Assembly (NCBI GenBank): GCA_034530615.2
Contig: JAVRCV020000068.1
Coordinates: 79,393-143,392 of the forward strand
DNA from: Aulosira sp. ZfuVER01
GTDB taxonomy: Bacteria; Cyanobacteriota; Cyanobacteriia; Cyanobacteriales; Nostocaceae
Reading direction: 5' to 3'
DNA length: 64,000 nt
A program made the translations under genes and the position numbers. Each line of letters begins with the position of its first letter. The first letter of the stretch is position 1. Of this stretch, positions 44,701 to 55,271 are shown piece after piece. Under the pieces are notes generated by a model. That model did not search any database. It had not been told where the DNA came from and saw only the letters and a list, made by a program, of their open reading frames with translations.

Positions 44701-44712
44701 AATTGTCAACAT
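38746..44712 (-). CDS. Ser/Thr kinase-AAA-GAF-GAF-histidine kinase hybrid (HstK type)
   Basis: HKDIKPNN, GFSGIGKT, two GAF domains, AHEMNNP. Confidence 0.95.
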   Translation of the reverse strand: MLTIPGYQLSEELYNGCRTLVYRGYREIDNNPVVIKLLKNPYPSFSELVQFRNQYSIAKNLRQPGIIQTYSLEPYQNGYAIVMEDFGGISLKDYFISPQRQYAGSLQEFLPIAISLCDTLDTLYRNCIIHKDIKPNNILINPKTKQVKLIDFSIASLLPRETQTLISSKVLEGTLAYISPEQTGRMNRGIDYRTDFYSLGVTFYELLTGELPFQSKDAMELVHCHIAKIPPSANSQQLTVNSEKVPQVLDDIIQKLMAKSAEDRYQSALGLKYDLENCLIQLQETGQIQHFNIAQRDVCDRFIIPEKLYGREHEVQTLLKAFDRVANGATEIMLVAGFSGIGKTAVVNEVHKPIVKQRGYFIKGKFDQFNRNIPFSAFVQAFRDLMGQLLTESAQQLQKWQHKITEALADNAQIIVEVIPELELIISKQSPAPELSGSAAQNRFNLALQKFIKLFTNQEHPLVIFLDDLQWIDSASLKLMQSLIGEINSGYLLLIGAYRDNEVSAAHHLILTLDEIKKNGAEINTVNLRPLNEFKLNQLVADTLACPENLALPLAQLIYQKTQGNPFFSTQFIKALHQDGLIYFNYEQRHWQCDLAEINQRSLTNDVVEFMALQLQKLPESTQIILKLAACIGNSFDLETLAIVSQKSKIETATCLWIALQNGLILPQSEVYKFFLGSDNQDITQENSEKVIYKFLHDRIQQAAYSLIPENQKQASHYHIGKLLLRNLSTTELDDRIFNVVNQINIGKFLLQDESEKQQLAELNLTAGQKAKASTAYEAAKNYSQIGINLLSKDAWTAAYHLAFALHFNLAEAALMSGDFQLLEETVSTLLEFANSNIDRAKISVLRVDQYSLQGQFVESIQAGLAGLRSLGITFDRDTLRQLAQEEFAIVEDSLKNCSIATLLDLPAVTNPEVRAAIELLIILQPPAYIVSDFDLYSFATFRAVRLSIEQGNTAESIKAYVSYGFLIGLIHGQYQRGLEFADLALQLSYKLNNKFQQSRACFILSYAIQVWAKPIQGAAEINYQGFLAGLESGEIIHAGYNLYGNILNRLFQGENLSDIALDIDKYWLIGEKLKHDFLLSILAASRFFVNQLSQSLDEPEPDLVKAEQAWVERSEALKSYTALGTYYILQMFRACLIQGCKPDIHYLTEARKFLNGCAGFTTSAGYYYYGSLIMCKHYPSLPEAERSHVLQQIEINQAQLKIWSESCAENFLHKYLLVEAERSRIAGKYLEALELYERAITEAKANGYLQEEAIANELAGKFYLNWGKEKAAQGYVQQAYYCYARWGAKAKTDELEKRYPQLLKPILQQQRLNFHPSETIATIAQISTTHSTSITDALNFSSALKAAQTISSTIELDQLLASLTHIILENSGAKKCALILPEAQSNWQVKAITFINHQANFIDDIQTTINAQTIDNCQDIPKNIINYVKNTQKTIVIDNCQTDIPGIIGEYIYRIQPKSVLCMPIIHQGNLVGILYLENQLISGVFNSDRLEIIQMLSAQAAISLENARLYQESQEKAQQLQQSLQQQKTLFKVVTQIRESLDLDAIFRAVTQNIRQILNADRVGIYQFYLDANYEYGEFIAEDVLPQFSSALAVKVQDNCFGENFATLYRQGRICAITDVNSDTVKDCHRELLAQFQVKASLVVPIMQDDEIWGLLCIHQCDRPRHWQPFEIQFAQQVGAQMGVALQQTDLLIETQKQATQLEQTLQHLQQTQLQLVQHEKMSALGNLVAGVAHEMNNPLGFIAASLEQAQPILTDIIEHLRLYQESSTHTHQQILNHAKKIDLDYSLEDLPKIIASMILACDRLKNISTSLRTFSRADKDYKVLFDIHEGIDSTILILKHRLKANKQRPGISIIIDYGNLPKIECFPGQLNQVFMNIIANAIDALDESNTGCEFAEIEVNPNQIKITTSVENNQVKISIADNAQGMNEEVKQKIFEYLFTTKEVGKGTGLGLATARQIVVDKHAGSLECNSFLGQGTEFIIKIPV

Positions 44713-44820
44713 ACCACTACATCCTTGAGACTGTCAAATTTAGTGTTCCCAGATAGAGTAATGCTCAAACAACAATATCCCCGACTTCTTAGAGAAGTGT
44801 GGGATCTGATAGTAATAAAT

Positions 44821-45488
44821 TTACACAGGAATTTCAATCAAAAATTCTGTACCCTCACCCAGAATAGAGTTGCAGGTTAATTTTCCACTGTGGGTTTCTT
44901 CAACGATTTGCCGCGCGATCGCGAGTCCTAATCCTGTGCCTTTACCCACTGCTTTGGTAGTAAATAAATTATCAAAAATCTTGTCTTTGATTTCTTCATT
45001 CATTCCTTGACCATTATCAGCAATTATTATTTTTACATAATTATTCTTCGAGACTTTATAATTTTAATTTGGTTGTTAACTGCTGTAATTCTATACAGTT
45101 TTCGCTGATTATTCGAGCCTTATGAAGCATTAATTGCATTTGCAATTATATTCATAAATGCCTGATTTAATTGTCCAGTAAAATATTCAATTTGCGGTAA
45201 ATTACCATACTCAGTTATCACCTCAATAGCTGGACGTTGTTCATTAGCTTTCAGGCGATGTCTCCTCAGATTCCAGAGAGAATAAGCCGCTTGTTGGACG
45301 CGATCGTGCAAAAATTTATATGCTACAATCTCAGAACTTTCTTGATTAATCGCTTGATTTACTTCTCCAACATAAAACTGATAAATATCATTTTGGGGTA
45401 AGATTAAACCTTCCTGCAAAGCATTCCAAAAGCAACTAGCAGTTTCTAGTTCGAGAGTATCCAGGAATGGCGATCGCCAAATCCACAC
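44821..45488 (-). pseudogene. Collapsed remnant of a third HstK-type kinase
   Basis: FLHDRVQQAAYSL fused directly to RHRLKANEQRP (HATPase start), then a separate FTTKAVGKGTGLGL fragment. Confidence 0.85.
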
Positions 45489-45661
45489 CTATATTCATAT
45501 CGACTGACTCCATTTGGATGTCTATTTCTATGAGTCAGTATGCCCATCTAATGTATAGTATGTAACGTTGCACGAATGCGATCGCCTATCCTCAACACGT
45601 AGTTTCAGCTGAAGTAGGGGTTTAAATTCTCAACTCCAGTTGTCTTCAAGTTGAATTGTTA

Positions 45662-46414
45662 TTACTGGCGTTCACATACCAAGACTGTCTCCCGTTCTCC
45701 ACAAGTGATGCGTAGTTCCTCATCAAGATAGAGAATTTCTAAACTACGTTTAGGCGATCGCTTCATGGTAAAAGAAACTTCTCCAGTTTCTAAATTCATT
45801 CCTTGGGGAGGAACTAAACCAAACATCAGCCTCAATAAAGCCGACTTCAATTTTTCTTGCCAACTTATACCTGAAGGCGGTTGTTGATTGCCAAAAACTG
45901 CTTCCCAATCTGCCATGTTTGTTGACTCTTGCGGTGCTAACGTGCCTCCGGTAAATTGTACGTGCAGCACTGTGTCGTTCAGAGGAGAACAAACTCCTCG
46001 GTTGCGAACAATACCAGCTAGCTTAGGAAACGATTCATCAATTGTCGTAAATTCCACAATGATATCGTGGCTGTGCTGTTCTCCATTTCCCAGCAGAAAG
46101 ACAGGTTGTACCACTCGCTTAATAACTACTTTTAGTCCTGTGGGTTGAAACATATTAAAAGCTATGCGACCAAGAGTGTAGGCAAAGCTACCATCTGGAA
46201 GTTGCTCCCCTCCTGGAAAATTTGAAGCACTAATCAATAACCAATTACCATCTAGTAGAGTACTGCTATGGGTGGGTGCGATTGTCGGGTTGAGAATTTG
46301 CAGATTCTCAATAGCACCAATTACGTGTTTGTCTTTAGTATTTCCACCACAAGCAGCAAGCGCCTGACGCAAATCTTGTTTTGCAGCTTCACGTTTTCTC
46401 GTATCTACTGTCAT
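45662..46414 (-). CDS. PAP/fibrillin family protein
   Basis: IENLQILNPT..LLDGNWLL and ILYLDEELRIT motifs. Confidence 0.8.
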   Translation of the reverse strand: MTVDTRKREAAKQDLRQALAACGGNTKDKHVIGAIENLQILNPTIAPTHSSTLLDGNWLLISASNFPGGEQLPDGSFAYTLGRIAFNMFQPTGLKVVIKRVVQPVFLLGNGEQHSHDIIVEFTTIDESFPKLAGIVRNRGVCSPLNDTVLHVQFTGGTLAPQESTNMADWEAVFGNQQPPSGISWQEKLKSALLRLMFGLVPPQGMNLETGEVSFTMKRSPKRSLEILYLDEELRITCGERETVLVCERQ

Positions 46415-46538
46415 AGTTTGAAATGGTCTAGTTCACCTAATGTTACTTTAGACCATCGGTTGCGGAAGGGTTTATACCAATTTACAAAAATCTTGATACA
46501 GGGTTTAGCATTACTCAACCCTCACCTGTGTATTTGTA

Positions 46539-47090
46539 TTACTCAACGATTCCCCATTCAAATTTCAAAGATTCCAGCTTGGGATTTTTCACACTTAATC
46601 TTTTACACTCTTCTAAAAATTCTTTTACCTGTTCTTCGTTGAGAGTCAATCCACCATCTTGAAGTTTATTTATGTAAGTGATGATGTCGGAAGTTGTGAG
46701 AGAAGAACTTATTTCTTCCAGTAAAATGGCATTTCGGACTTCTCTACATACTAATTCGATATCAGATGATGTAAATCGTGCACTTTTCTCAGCTATAATT
46801 TCAAAATTAATTATCTGGTCAAAATCAATTTTTGCTAGATAGTGTTTAAACAAATCTCTTCTTTCAGATTCATCTGGGGGAAAAATAGGTATTTTCCAAT
46901 CCAATCTGCCAGAACGCTTCAAGGCGCTATCAATTCTACTTAAATAATTAGTAGCAGCAATCACAATCACATCACTATTTCTCAGATCGTTAAGTTCAAT
47001 TAGCAGTTGGTTAATAGTAGCTTTTTGGTCTGTATGAGCATTGTCTTCATTACGGTTAAAGCCAATACTATCTAACTCATCTATAACAGA
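46539..47090 (-). pseudogene. AAA+ ATPase C-terminal fragment
   Basis: DELDSIG..INQLL..IAATN..DSALKRSGRLD present; Walker A and N-terminus missing. Confidence 0.75.
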
Positions 47091-47091
47091 T

Positions 47092-47159
47092 TGGAAGCAT
47101 AACTTTTCTGAAGTGGATTAGAAGCATCAGCCTTCCGTGACGGAAAAGTTATGCTTCCA
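47092..47159. mobile_element. 68-bp element bounded by perfect 17-bp inverted repeats (IS-end/MITE scar)
   Basis: tggaagcataacttttc (47092-47108) / gaaaagttatgcttcca (47143-47159). Confidence 0.6.
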
Positions 47160-47246
47160 GTGACAATCATCTTCATGGAAAAAGCCCAATTCTATGAGTC
47201 TGTGGTATTCATCCAAACTGAAGCGTTTAGCCTGAGCAATACTCAT
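47160..47246 (-). pseudogene. Uma2-family endonuclease N-terminal fragment
   Basis: MSIAQAKRFSLDEYHRLIELGFFHEDD, truncated at the inverted repeat. Confidence 0.6.
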
Positions 47247-47343
47247 ACATCTTGCTCCTCTAGGAAAAGTTGTCATAACACTTATTCTAAATTTGCCAGA
47301 ACCTTGATATGCTAAGAGCCGAGACTAGCTATATTGTCAAACC

Positions 47344-49368
47344 ATGCCTGCGCCTACTATCACTCCCAAAATCACTTCGTTTCCCCTGACCGCCGTAGTC
47401 GGGCAAGAAGCGATTAAACTAGCTTTACTATTAGCTGCTGTCGATCCGGGATTGGGTGGAGTAGCGATCGCAGGTCGTCGCGGTACGGCAAAATCTGTGA
47501 TGGCACGTGCAATCCACGCCCTGCTACCACCTATTGAAGTTGTTCAAGGCTCCATTAGCAACTGCGACCCCAGTCAACCTCAAGATTGGGACGATCTACT
47601 TTTAGCAGAATACGCAGATAAAGATATTCAAGATGTCCCTACCGCAATCATCCCTGCACCTTTTGTACAAATTCCACTAGGTGTGACAGAAGATAGACTC
47701 CTCGGTTCTGTGGATGTGGAAAAATCGGTAAAGCAAGGAGATACTATATTTCAGCCGGGGTTACTCGCCACAGCCAACCGGGGTGTCTTGTATGTCGATG
47801 AAATCAACTTATTAGACGACCAAATTAGCAATCAACTACTGACAGTATTATCTGAAGGACGCAACCAAATTGAACGGGAAGGCATAAGTTTTCAGCATCA
47901 GTGTAAATCGCTGTTTATTGCTACCTATAACCCAGAAGAGGGGGCATTAAGGGAGCATTTGCTAGATAGAATTGCGATCGCACTCTCAGCAGACGGAGTC
48001 CTGGGCTTAGATCAAAGAGTACAAGCAGTAGAGCAAGCGATCGCTTATTCTGTGTCTCCCCAAGAATTTCTGCAACAATACAACGAAGACTTAGACGCGC
48101 TCAAAACTCAAATTATCTTGGCGCGGGAATGGTTGAAAGATGTCACTATTACCCACGATCAAATTGCCTATTTAGTCAATGAAGCAATTCGTGGGGGAGT
48201 TCAAGGACACCGCGCCGAGTTATTTGCTGTGCGCGTCGCCAAAGCTGCTGCTGCATTGGAAGGACGCAACACCGTCAATGCAGAAGACTTGCGCCGTGCT
48301 GTAGAATTGGTGATTGTCCCACGGGCGACAGTTGTGCAGACACCACCAGAAGAACAAGCACCACCGCCACCTCCACCCCCACCACCAGAAAATCAAGACG
48401 AATCTGAACAAGAGGAACAGGAAGAGGAACAAGAACAAGAGGAACAAGAACAACAAGAACCACCCAGCATTCCCGAAGAATTTATCTTCGATCCGGAAGG
48501 GGTGATACTTGATGAAAGTGTGCTTTATTTTGCCCAAATGGCTAAAAGGCAAGGAAAATCTGGCAGTCGTAGCATCATCTTCTCGGAAGACCGGGGACGC
48601 TACATTAAGCCAATGTTGCCTAAAGGCAAGGTGAGACGAATAGCCGTAGATGCCACATTGAGGGCAGCGGCTCCGTATCAAAAAGCACGCAGAGAAAGAC
48701 ACCCCGATCGCAAAGTGATAGTTGAACAAGGAGACATTCGCGCCAAGCGTTTAGTACGCAAAGCTGGGGCGTTGGTAGTATTTGTAGTAGATGCTTCTGG
48801 TTCTATGGCCCTCAATCGGATGCAGTCAGCTAAAGGTGCAGTGATGCAACTTTTAACCGAAGCATATCAAAACCGCGACCAAGTGGCGTTGATTCCTTTC
48901 CGTGGCGAACATGCAGAGGTATTATTACCCCCGACACGTTCCATTGCTTTAGCACGTAACCGTTTGGAAAGGCTGCCTTGTGGTGGTGGTTCGCCATTAG
49001 CGCATGGTTTAACCCAAGCTGTGCGCGTTGGGTTAAATGCTCAAATGAGTGGAGATATTGGGCAAGTAGTAGTTGTAGCGATCACCGATGGGCGGGGTAA
49101 TATTCCCTTAGCGCGTTCTTTAGGTGAACAGCTAGAACCAGGAGAAAAACCAGATATCAAAAGCGAATTGTTAGAAATTGCTGCCAGAATTCGCGCTTTG
49201 GGTATGCAACTATTAGTAATTGATACTGAGAGTAAATTTGTTTCTACTGGCTTTGCTAAAGAATTAGCACAAACCGCCGGAGGTAAGTATTATCATTTAC
49301 CAAAAGCGACCGATAAAGCTATTGCGGCTATGACTAAAGGTGCGATCGCTGATTTAAAATCTCGATAA
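47344..49368 (+). CDS. chlD: Magnesium chelatase subunit D
   Basis: AAA module, poly-Pro/acidic linker, vWA DASGSM. Confidence 0.97.
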   Translation: MPAPTITPKITSFPLTAVVGQEAIKLALLLAAVDPGLGGVAIAGRRGTAKSVMARAIHALLPPIEVVQGSISNCDPSQPQDWDDLLLAEYADKDIQDVPTAIIPAPFVQIPLGVTEDRLLGSVDVEKSVKQGDTIFQPGLLATANRGVLYVDEINLLDDQISNQLLTVLSEGRNQIEREGISFQHQCKSLFIATYNPEEGALREHLLDRIAIALSADGVLGLDQRVQAVEQAIAYSVSPQEFLQQYNEDLDALKTQIILAREWLKDVTITHDQIAYLVNEAIRGGVQGHRAELFAVRVAKAAAALEGRNTVNAEDLRRAVELVIVPRATVVQTPPEEQAPPPPPPPPPENQDESEQEEQEEEQEQEEQEQQEPPSIPEEFIFDPEGVILDESVLYFAQMAKRQGKSGSRSIIFSEDRGRYIKPMLPKGKVRRIAVDATLRAAAPYQKARRERHPDRKVIVEQGDIRAKRLVRKAGALVVFVVDASGSMALNRMQSAKGAVMQLLTEAYQNRDQVALIPFRGEHAEVLLPPTRSIALARNRLERLPCGGGSPLAHGLTQAVRVGLNAQMSGDIGQVVVVAITDGRGNIPLARSLGEQLEPGEKPDIKSELLEIAARIRALGMQLLVIDTESKFVSTGFAKELAQTAGGKYYHLPKATDKAIAAMTKGAIADLKSR

Positions 49369-49401
49369 TAAGTCAAGAGTCAATAATCTTTAGACTTTTG
49401 A

Positions 49402-50187
49402 TTATGACCCGGTTGCTACAGCTTGTGGTTGCAAATAGCAAATTAGATCTTGAATGCCCTTTTGCAGATATCGCGTTACCGTCATCGGACTGGTGCCAAT
49501 ATTTTTAGCAGCATCTTTACGTGAAAGTTCTTTTAAAAATACTAATTCAACTGCCATCCGGGGCTTTTCTTCTAATAAACTAATTGCCCCTTGGAGTTGT
49601 TGACGTTCTTCTTCTTGTTGCTGAAGACTACTAGAACGAGGACAAGGAAGGGCTTCACCCAAAGTTATTTGGCAATCAACATAGTGAACTGCGGTAGCAT
49701 CTAAACTTAAAGGCATCCGATTTTGTGCAGCTAACTTGGTTTCTTGCCATTCTTGTACAGATACTTGAAGCTGCTTGGCAATTTCCGAATCTTTAGGAGG
49801 ACGACCTAAAGCAATTGCTAATTCTTTGCGAACCTTTTGTCCCTCATTATATAGTTCTTGCCAACGCCGGGGAATTTTTAATAAAGTACTGCGATCGCGC
49901 AGAAAATGCAGCATCTCACCACGAATATATGGTACAGCAAAGGAACTAAACGCATATCCTTGGCTGGGATCAAAGCGCTCAATTGCCCTAATTAAGCCAA
50001 AATAACCAATTTGTTCTAAATCTTCATAAGGTTCATTACATTGATGGCTAAATTTATGTGCCATCTTCCGCACTAAACCAGTATGTAGCTGTACAAGTTG
50101 ATTACGTAGTTTAATAGAGGGATTCTGGTGGTATAAGTGCAATAACTCTATACCATCTATTCGCACAGAGGACTCACTTGCTGCCAT
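49402..50187 (-). CDS. sigJ: Group 3 (SigF/SigB-type) sigma factor, probably SigJ
   Basis: EDLEQIG..AIERFDP..FSSFAVPYIRGEMLHFLRD. Start placed at MAASES. The SigJ vs SigF call is from recollection. Confidence 0.75.
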   Translation of the reverse strand: MAASESSVRIDGIELLHLYHQNPSIKLRNQLVQLHTGLVRKMAHKFSHQCNEPYEDLEQIGYFGLIRAIERFDPSQGYAFSSFAVPYIRGEMLHFLRDRSTLLKIPRRWQELYNEGQKVRKELAIALGRPPKDSEIAKQLQVSVQEWQETKLAAQNRMPLSLDATAVHYVDCQITLGEALPCPRSSSLQQQEEERQQLQGAISLLEEKPRMAVELVFLKELSRKDAAKNIGTSPMTVTRYLQKGIQDLICYLQPQAVATGS

Positions 50188-50731
50188 ATAAAAATTCCTT
50201 TGTTGTAACTCCTTTTCCTGAAAAAATGGAGTTGCGTATAGTGTCATCAAAGCTGTCATTATTTTCCTTAGACCGCGCTGAATAAACCATCGTCGTTATA
50301 CTGAACTTATCAGGGTCTCAAGTCTATGATTCAGTATTTTCACGCATGATTTTTGATAAATACGCCGATTTTTTTATAATTATCTGTCGTGGATTAATTT
50401 TATTTTCTAGATAACTCTTGCGGTGAATCATCGTCTTTATTTACTGCAACAAAACTCAACTATTTCTGCTTTCTGAATTTACTCAGTGAAGTCTCTCTAG
50501 TGTTACCATTCTCTTTTGCCAGAAAAACCCAAGAATATGCTGTCAGTACGAAGGATACTGTGGAGTCTTTAGCTTTTGAAGACTACGATTGTTTAGAAAG
50601 AAACCATTTTTATGATTTGGCAACCATACTGACAAACATAATTTCTCTAGTTTGACTTACTGGTTACTAACCACAAATATTGGTAAAAATGGGAGTAGAT
50701 AGAACGTTTATCAGCGAAACACGTTTTAAAG

Positions 50732-51460
50732 ATGAGCAATACCAGCAATTTTCGTGACGCTATTCGTGAGGCTAAAACTCAAGCCCTAGTAGGCCCAAAT
50801 GTAATTGCCAATGCCCTTCCCTATGTTGGTGGCGGTCTTGTGCTGACCGCATTGGGAACCTACGGAGGTTTGGGAGTTATCCGTACTAACCCCGGATTGT
50901 TTTTCCCCACCTTCATTGGTGCGGTCATCCTGGAGTTAATTCTGTTTTTTGTGGCCCAAAATGTTGCTGAAAAAGGCAATAAGGGTCTAGCACTTCCCCT
51001 ACTAGCTACCTACAGCCTCTTATCTGGATATACTCTCAGTGGCTTAGTGTTTGTCGCCTTGAGAACCCAAGGTGTAGGTATTCAAGGCATTGGTTTGGCG
51101 GCCCTTGGTTGTGGTGTTACTTTTATCGTCGCCCGTCAAATTGGTTCCAATCTTTCTGAACAAGACGGGATGGCTTTAACCAAAACCATCTCTCTCGGCA
51201 TCATTGCCTTGGTGGTGGTTTGTCTGACTCAATTTGTGTTTGCCTTGTTTGGTGTCTATACACCAACTTGGCTAGAAATCGCCATTTCTGGTTTGGGAGT
51301 ATTTCTGTTTGCTGGGGCATCTGTGGTTGATTTCTACATCTTGCCACGTACTTATCGCAACGATCAGTACTTGCCTGCGGCTTTGTCTATGTACCTCACC
51401 TACATCAACCTGTTTATCTTTATCTTGCGGTTGCTAATTGCCTTGAATGGCCGTGACTAA
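50732..51460 (+). CDS. Bax inhibitor-1/YccA family membrane protein
   Basis: About seven TM helices; AALSMYLTYINLFIFILRL. Confidence 0.9.
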   Translation: MSNTSNFRDAIREAKTQALVGPNVIANALPYVGGGLVLTALGTYGGLGVIRTNPGLFFPTFIGAVILELILFFVAQNVAEKGNKGLALPLLATYSLLSGYTLSGLVFVALRTQGVGIQGIGLAALGCGVTFIVARQIGSNLSEQDGMALTKTISLGIIALVVVCLTQFVFALFGVYTPTWLEIAISGLGVFLFAGASVVDFYILPRTYRNDQYLPAALSMYLTYINLFIFILRLLIALNGRD

Positions 51461-51633
51461 GAATCTTTAGTTACTAGAGAAAAGTAAAGTTTGATAAATT
51501 ATCACCGTGGTTGTTGAGGTTCAACCACGGTTTTTTAATTGGATGAGATATGAATTTGTGTAATACAATATGTAGTAATCCCAATTTGAAAAAAGAATGC
51601 GACAGATACACAGCCCCAAACCATTGTCCTGTC

Positions 51634-51773
51634 TGAATTCTTAATTTTGAATTTTGCGAAAAGTTGCGTGCGGTGAGTCCATTCCTGAAGGTGGGTTTCC
51701 CGCCGTAGGGAACTGGCGAACCCGAAGGGGGGTTCCCCCCGTTGAGCAAACTTTTCAAGACGAATTTTGAATT
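51634..51773. repeat. Nested palindromic dispersed repeat within AATTTTG heptamers
   Basis: gaaaagttgc..gcaaacttttc arms with GC-rich hairpins inside. Confidence 0.55.
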
Positions 51774-51806
51774 GGTATAAGTTGTTAGCTGTAAGTGAGC
51801 AACAAT

Positions 51807-52914
51807 ATGCTGGAAGTCCCCAATATCAAACGCGAAGTAGAAAGGTTATCAAATATCCTAAGCAAAGCTGAGGATTGTCTTTGACCTGGGAGAAATAATT
51901 ACCAGAATTAAAGAATTAGAACAAATAATTTCTCAATCTACTTTTTGGGAAAATAGCTTTAATGCTTATCCAGCAGTAAGAGAGATTGAATCTCGCAACG
52001 CCAAAAAGACACAATATCAGCGATCGCATTCACTTATAGAAGATATCAAAGCTGCTTTAGAACTGTTGGAGTTCTCACCTGATAAGCAATTAATGTATGA
52101 AGTGCAAACTAACCTAATCCAGCTTCAAAAAGAACTCAAAACACTAGAAATACAACAGTTACTAGTTGACTCCTACGACCAAAAGAGCGCATTTCTTACT
52201 ATTACTGCTGGGGTTGGCGGAATACATGCCGAAGATTGGACTTCGACTTTATTTAGGATGTAGCATCTTTGGGCAAATAGCCACGATTACCGAGTACGTC
52301 TACTCGAATATTCTTACGGAGATTCAGCTGCAATTAAATCTGCCACGCTAGAAATTACAGGTCTTTACGCCTACGGCTGCCTAAAATCAGAACAAGGAAG
52401 CCATGTAAGAATAGTCAGGATTTCTCCTCAAAATGGTAATGGTAAGCGGCTCACTTGCGTTGCAAGTGTAGAAGTTAGCCCTGTTTTAGATAAATCAATG
52501 GATTTGGAAATTCCAGAGAAGGATTTAGAAATAACTAAGTGGCGTTGGAATTATGACAATCTTAAAAGTTCCGCAATATGGGTGCGAGTGCTTCATATTC
52601 CTACCGGAATCACTGTGGATTCTAGTGAGGAACGTAATCAGATGCAAAACCAAGAGAAAGCCTTAGCTATTCTCAAAAGTAAGCTATGGGCTTTAATGCA
52701 ATCCCAAGGTGTTCAAGATGTTGCCGAAATTCAATCCGCCAAAATAAAATTTCTATCCGAAAAGCCCATCCGCGAATACATTTTGTATCCGTACACCAAG
52801 GTGAAAGATTTGCGTACCAATGTGGAAACAACATCTGCAACGGCGGTTTTGAATGGCGACATTGATTTGTTTATCAAAGCTTATTTGCAAAAGCAATATC
52901 AAATCCTGGAGTGA
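51807..52914 (+). pseudogene. Divergent RF2 (prfB) paralog lacking GGQ, with CTT-TGA frameshift site and one in-frame TAG
   Basis: ATG 51807, CTTTGAC at 51879-51885, +1 frame colinear with RF2, TAG at 52261-52263, same frame continues to 52914. Confidence 0.8.
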
Positions 52915-53087
52915 GCAAATAGACTTTTGTTTCTTACTTGGTGGTATTGCTGGATAGTTCCAGTAATTTTAGCAACTTATACAAATGCAATGCGAGAACT
53001 GGCTCAACTACAGCTAAAATCAAAAAGGCAAATAGAATTTAGGGCAAATTCTTAACAATTAGAAGCCCTCTATCTTTAGTAAACACT

Positions 53088-54210
53088 ATGGATGTTTTAG
53101 AACTCAAACGCGAAATCGAAACGTTGTCTTATCGCCTGGGTAAAACCCAGGACTATCTTTGACGTACCTGCACTGAATGCCAAAATTCACGACTTAGAAC
53201 AAATTTCCGCCCAGCCAGAATTTTGGAACGATCAAACCACAGCCCAAGAAACGCTGCAAGAACTCAACGACCTGAAAGCCCACCTCCAGCAGTATCATCA
53301 GTGGCAAAATAATCTGGAAGATACCAAGGCTGTGGTTGAGTTGTTGGAGTTAGAAACTGACGAATCGCTGTTGCAAGAAGCGGAATCTACCATTACCAAA
53401 CTCAATCAAGAACTCGATCAGTGGGAGTTACAACAATTACTTTCCGGCCCCTACGATGATAAGGGGGCAGTACTGACAATTAACGCTGGTGCTGGTGGTA
53501 CGGATGCTCAAGACTGGGCGTTTATGCTGATGCGAATGTATACTCGTTGGGCAGAAGCTCACGGTTATAAAGTAACTTTGGCAGAAGAGTCAGAAGGTGA
53601 TGAAGCCGGCATTAAATCGGCTACCTTAGAAATTACTGGACGCTATGCTTATGGGTATTTGCGATCGGAAACAGGCACGCATCGCTTAGTGCGAATTTCA
53701 CCATTTAACGCCAATGGTAAACGCCAAACCAGTTTTGCTGGGGTGGAAGTAATGCCACAAATAGATAGTTCCGTGCAGCTGGACATTCCCGACAAGGATT
53801 TAGAAATTACTACATCCCGTGCCGGTGGTAAAGGTGGACAGAACGTCAACAAAGTAGAAACAGCAGTGCGAGTTGTTCACCTTCCCACTGGTCTGGCTGT
53901 GCGCTGTACAGAAGAGCGATCGCAACTGCAAAATAAAGAGAAAGCACTCACCCGACTCAAAGCTAAGTTATTGGTGATTGCGCGAGAACAACGCGCCCAA
54001 GAAATTGCCGAAATTCGCGGCGATATGGTGGAAGCTTCTTGGGGGAACCAAATCCGTAACTATGTGTTTCACCCATACCAAATGGTCAAAGATTTGCGTA
54101 CTAATACAGAAACTACTGCCATTACCGATGTCATGAACGGCGACCTTGACGCTTTTATCCAAGCCTATCTGCGACAAGAAAACCAATTGGTAGAAAGTAC
54201 TCCGGCTTAA
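53088..54210 (+). CDS. prfB: Peptide chain release factor 2 with programmed +1 frameshift
   Basis: ATG 53088, TAT CTT TGA C at 53154-53163; SPF and GGQ motifs. Confidence 0.97.
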
Positions 54211-54438
54211 TTGGGAACAAACAGCAGGTGATTAGGGACTAGGAATGGGGGACAAAAGGGACGCGGAAACGTGGGGAAATTATAAATGACCCTTGACCCT
54301 TGAACGCCAGTTGATTTAACGGAGAGAACCTCCGCACGTGACTGGCTCCCCTTGACCAATAACAAATAAGCAAAATGACAGTTTTACGCTAGGTTAACTG
54401 TTACATTTATATATAAAAGAGTTTGTTATCAAATCATC

Positions 54439-54594
54439 ATGAGCAACTCTCCGTCACCGGAAACTCAACCTAGTTACGTAAAACTTGCCATGCGCAATAT
54501 GGTGCGCAAAGGTGGTACTTCCATAAAACATTTTGTGCTTACCACCATAGGACTTTTAGCTGTCTTCGTTGGTCTTGCTTACCTAACTCGCTAA
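54439..54594 (+). CDS. DUF3285-like small membrane protein (51 aa)
   Basis: PSYVKLAMRNMVRKGGTSIKHFVLT..LAYLTR, upstream of ybeY. Confidence 0.85.
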   Translation: MSNSPSPETQPSYVKLAMRNMVRKGGTSIKHFVLTTIGLLAVFVGLAYLTR

Positions 54595-54636
54595 TCGTTA
54601 ACCCAAACCCCGAGTTACAAGGAGACTTTGTAGCTA

Positions 54637-55164
54637 GTGCAAGTTGAACTAGATGTACAAGATTATTTTTATGAATCGTCCCCAGAAAAAACTGAAGATT
54701 TTGGGGCTAATGATGACCGGATAGCTGGTGAAACATGGGAACACTGGTTTAATTGCTGGTTAGAAATACTTCATCCATATCTTCCATCAGCGCCAGGTTA
54801 CGAAATCGGGCTGCGGTTGACAGATGATACAGAAATTCAGTCGTTAAATGCCCAGTATCGTCACCAAGATAAACCTACAGACGTTTTAGCCTTTGCTGCC
54901 TTAGAGGTAGACAGTCCTCAAAGTGAGGAAATGTTTGCCTCTATGCCTTTATATTTAGGGGATATTGTAGTATCAGTAGATACTGCCCAGCGCCAAGCCC
55001 AACAGCAGGAGCATAGTTTGCAAACCGAACTAGCCTGGCTAGTCGCTCACGGTCTACTGCACTTATTAGGCTGGGATCATCCTGATGAAGAAAGTTTAGT
55101 AAGAATGTTAAAGCAGCAAGTAATATTGCTGAGAGAAATAGGTATTGCTCTTGACATAGAGTAA
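54637..55164 (+). CDS. ybeY: rRNA maturation RNase YbeY
   Basis: LNAQYRHQDKPTDVLAF, LGDIVVS, HGLLHLLGWDH. Confidence 0.96.
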   Translation: MQVELDVQDYFYESSPEKTEDFGANDDRIAGETWEHWFNCWLEILHPYLPSAPGYEIGLRLTDDTEIQSLNAQYRHQDKPTDVLAFAALEVDSPQSEEMFASMPLYLGDIVVSVDTAQRQAQQQEHSLQTELAWLVAHGLLHLLGWDHPDEESLVRMLKQQVILLREIGIALDIE

Positions 55165-55271
55165 CCACTATTATTTATCTCTGTTCTCCAAGAACATCTC
55201 AATAAAATTGCTTAAAACTTAATTACGCCATTAAAATCGGCGAATATTCCAACTTTACCTACTTCGACTCT

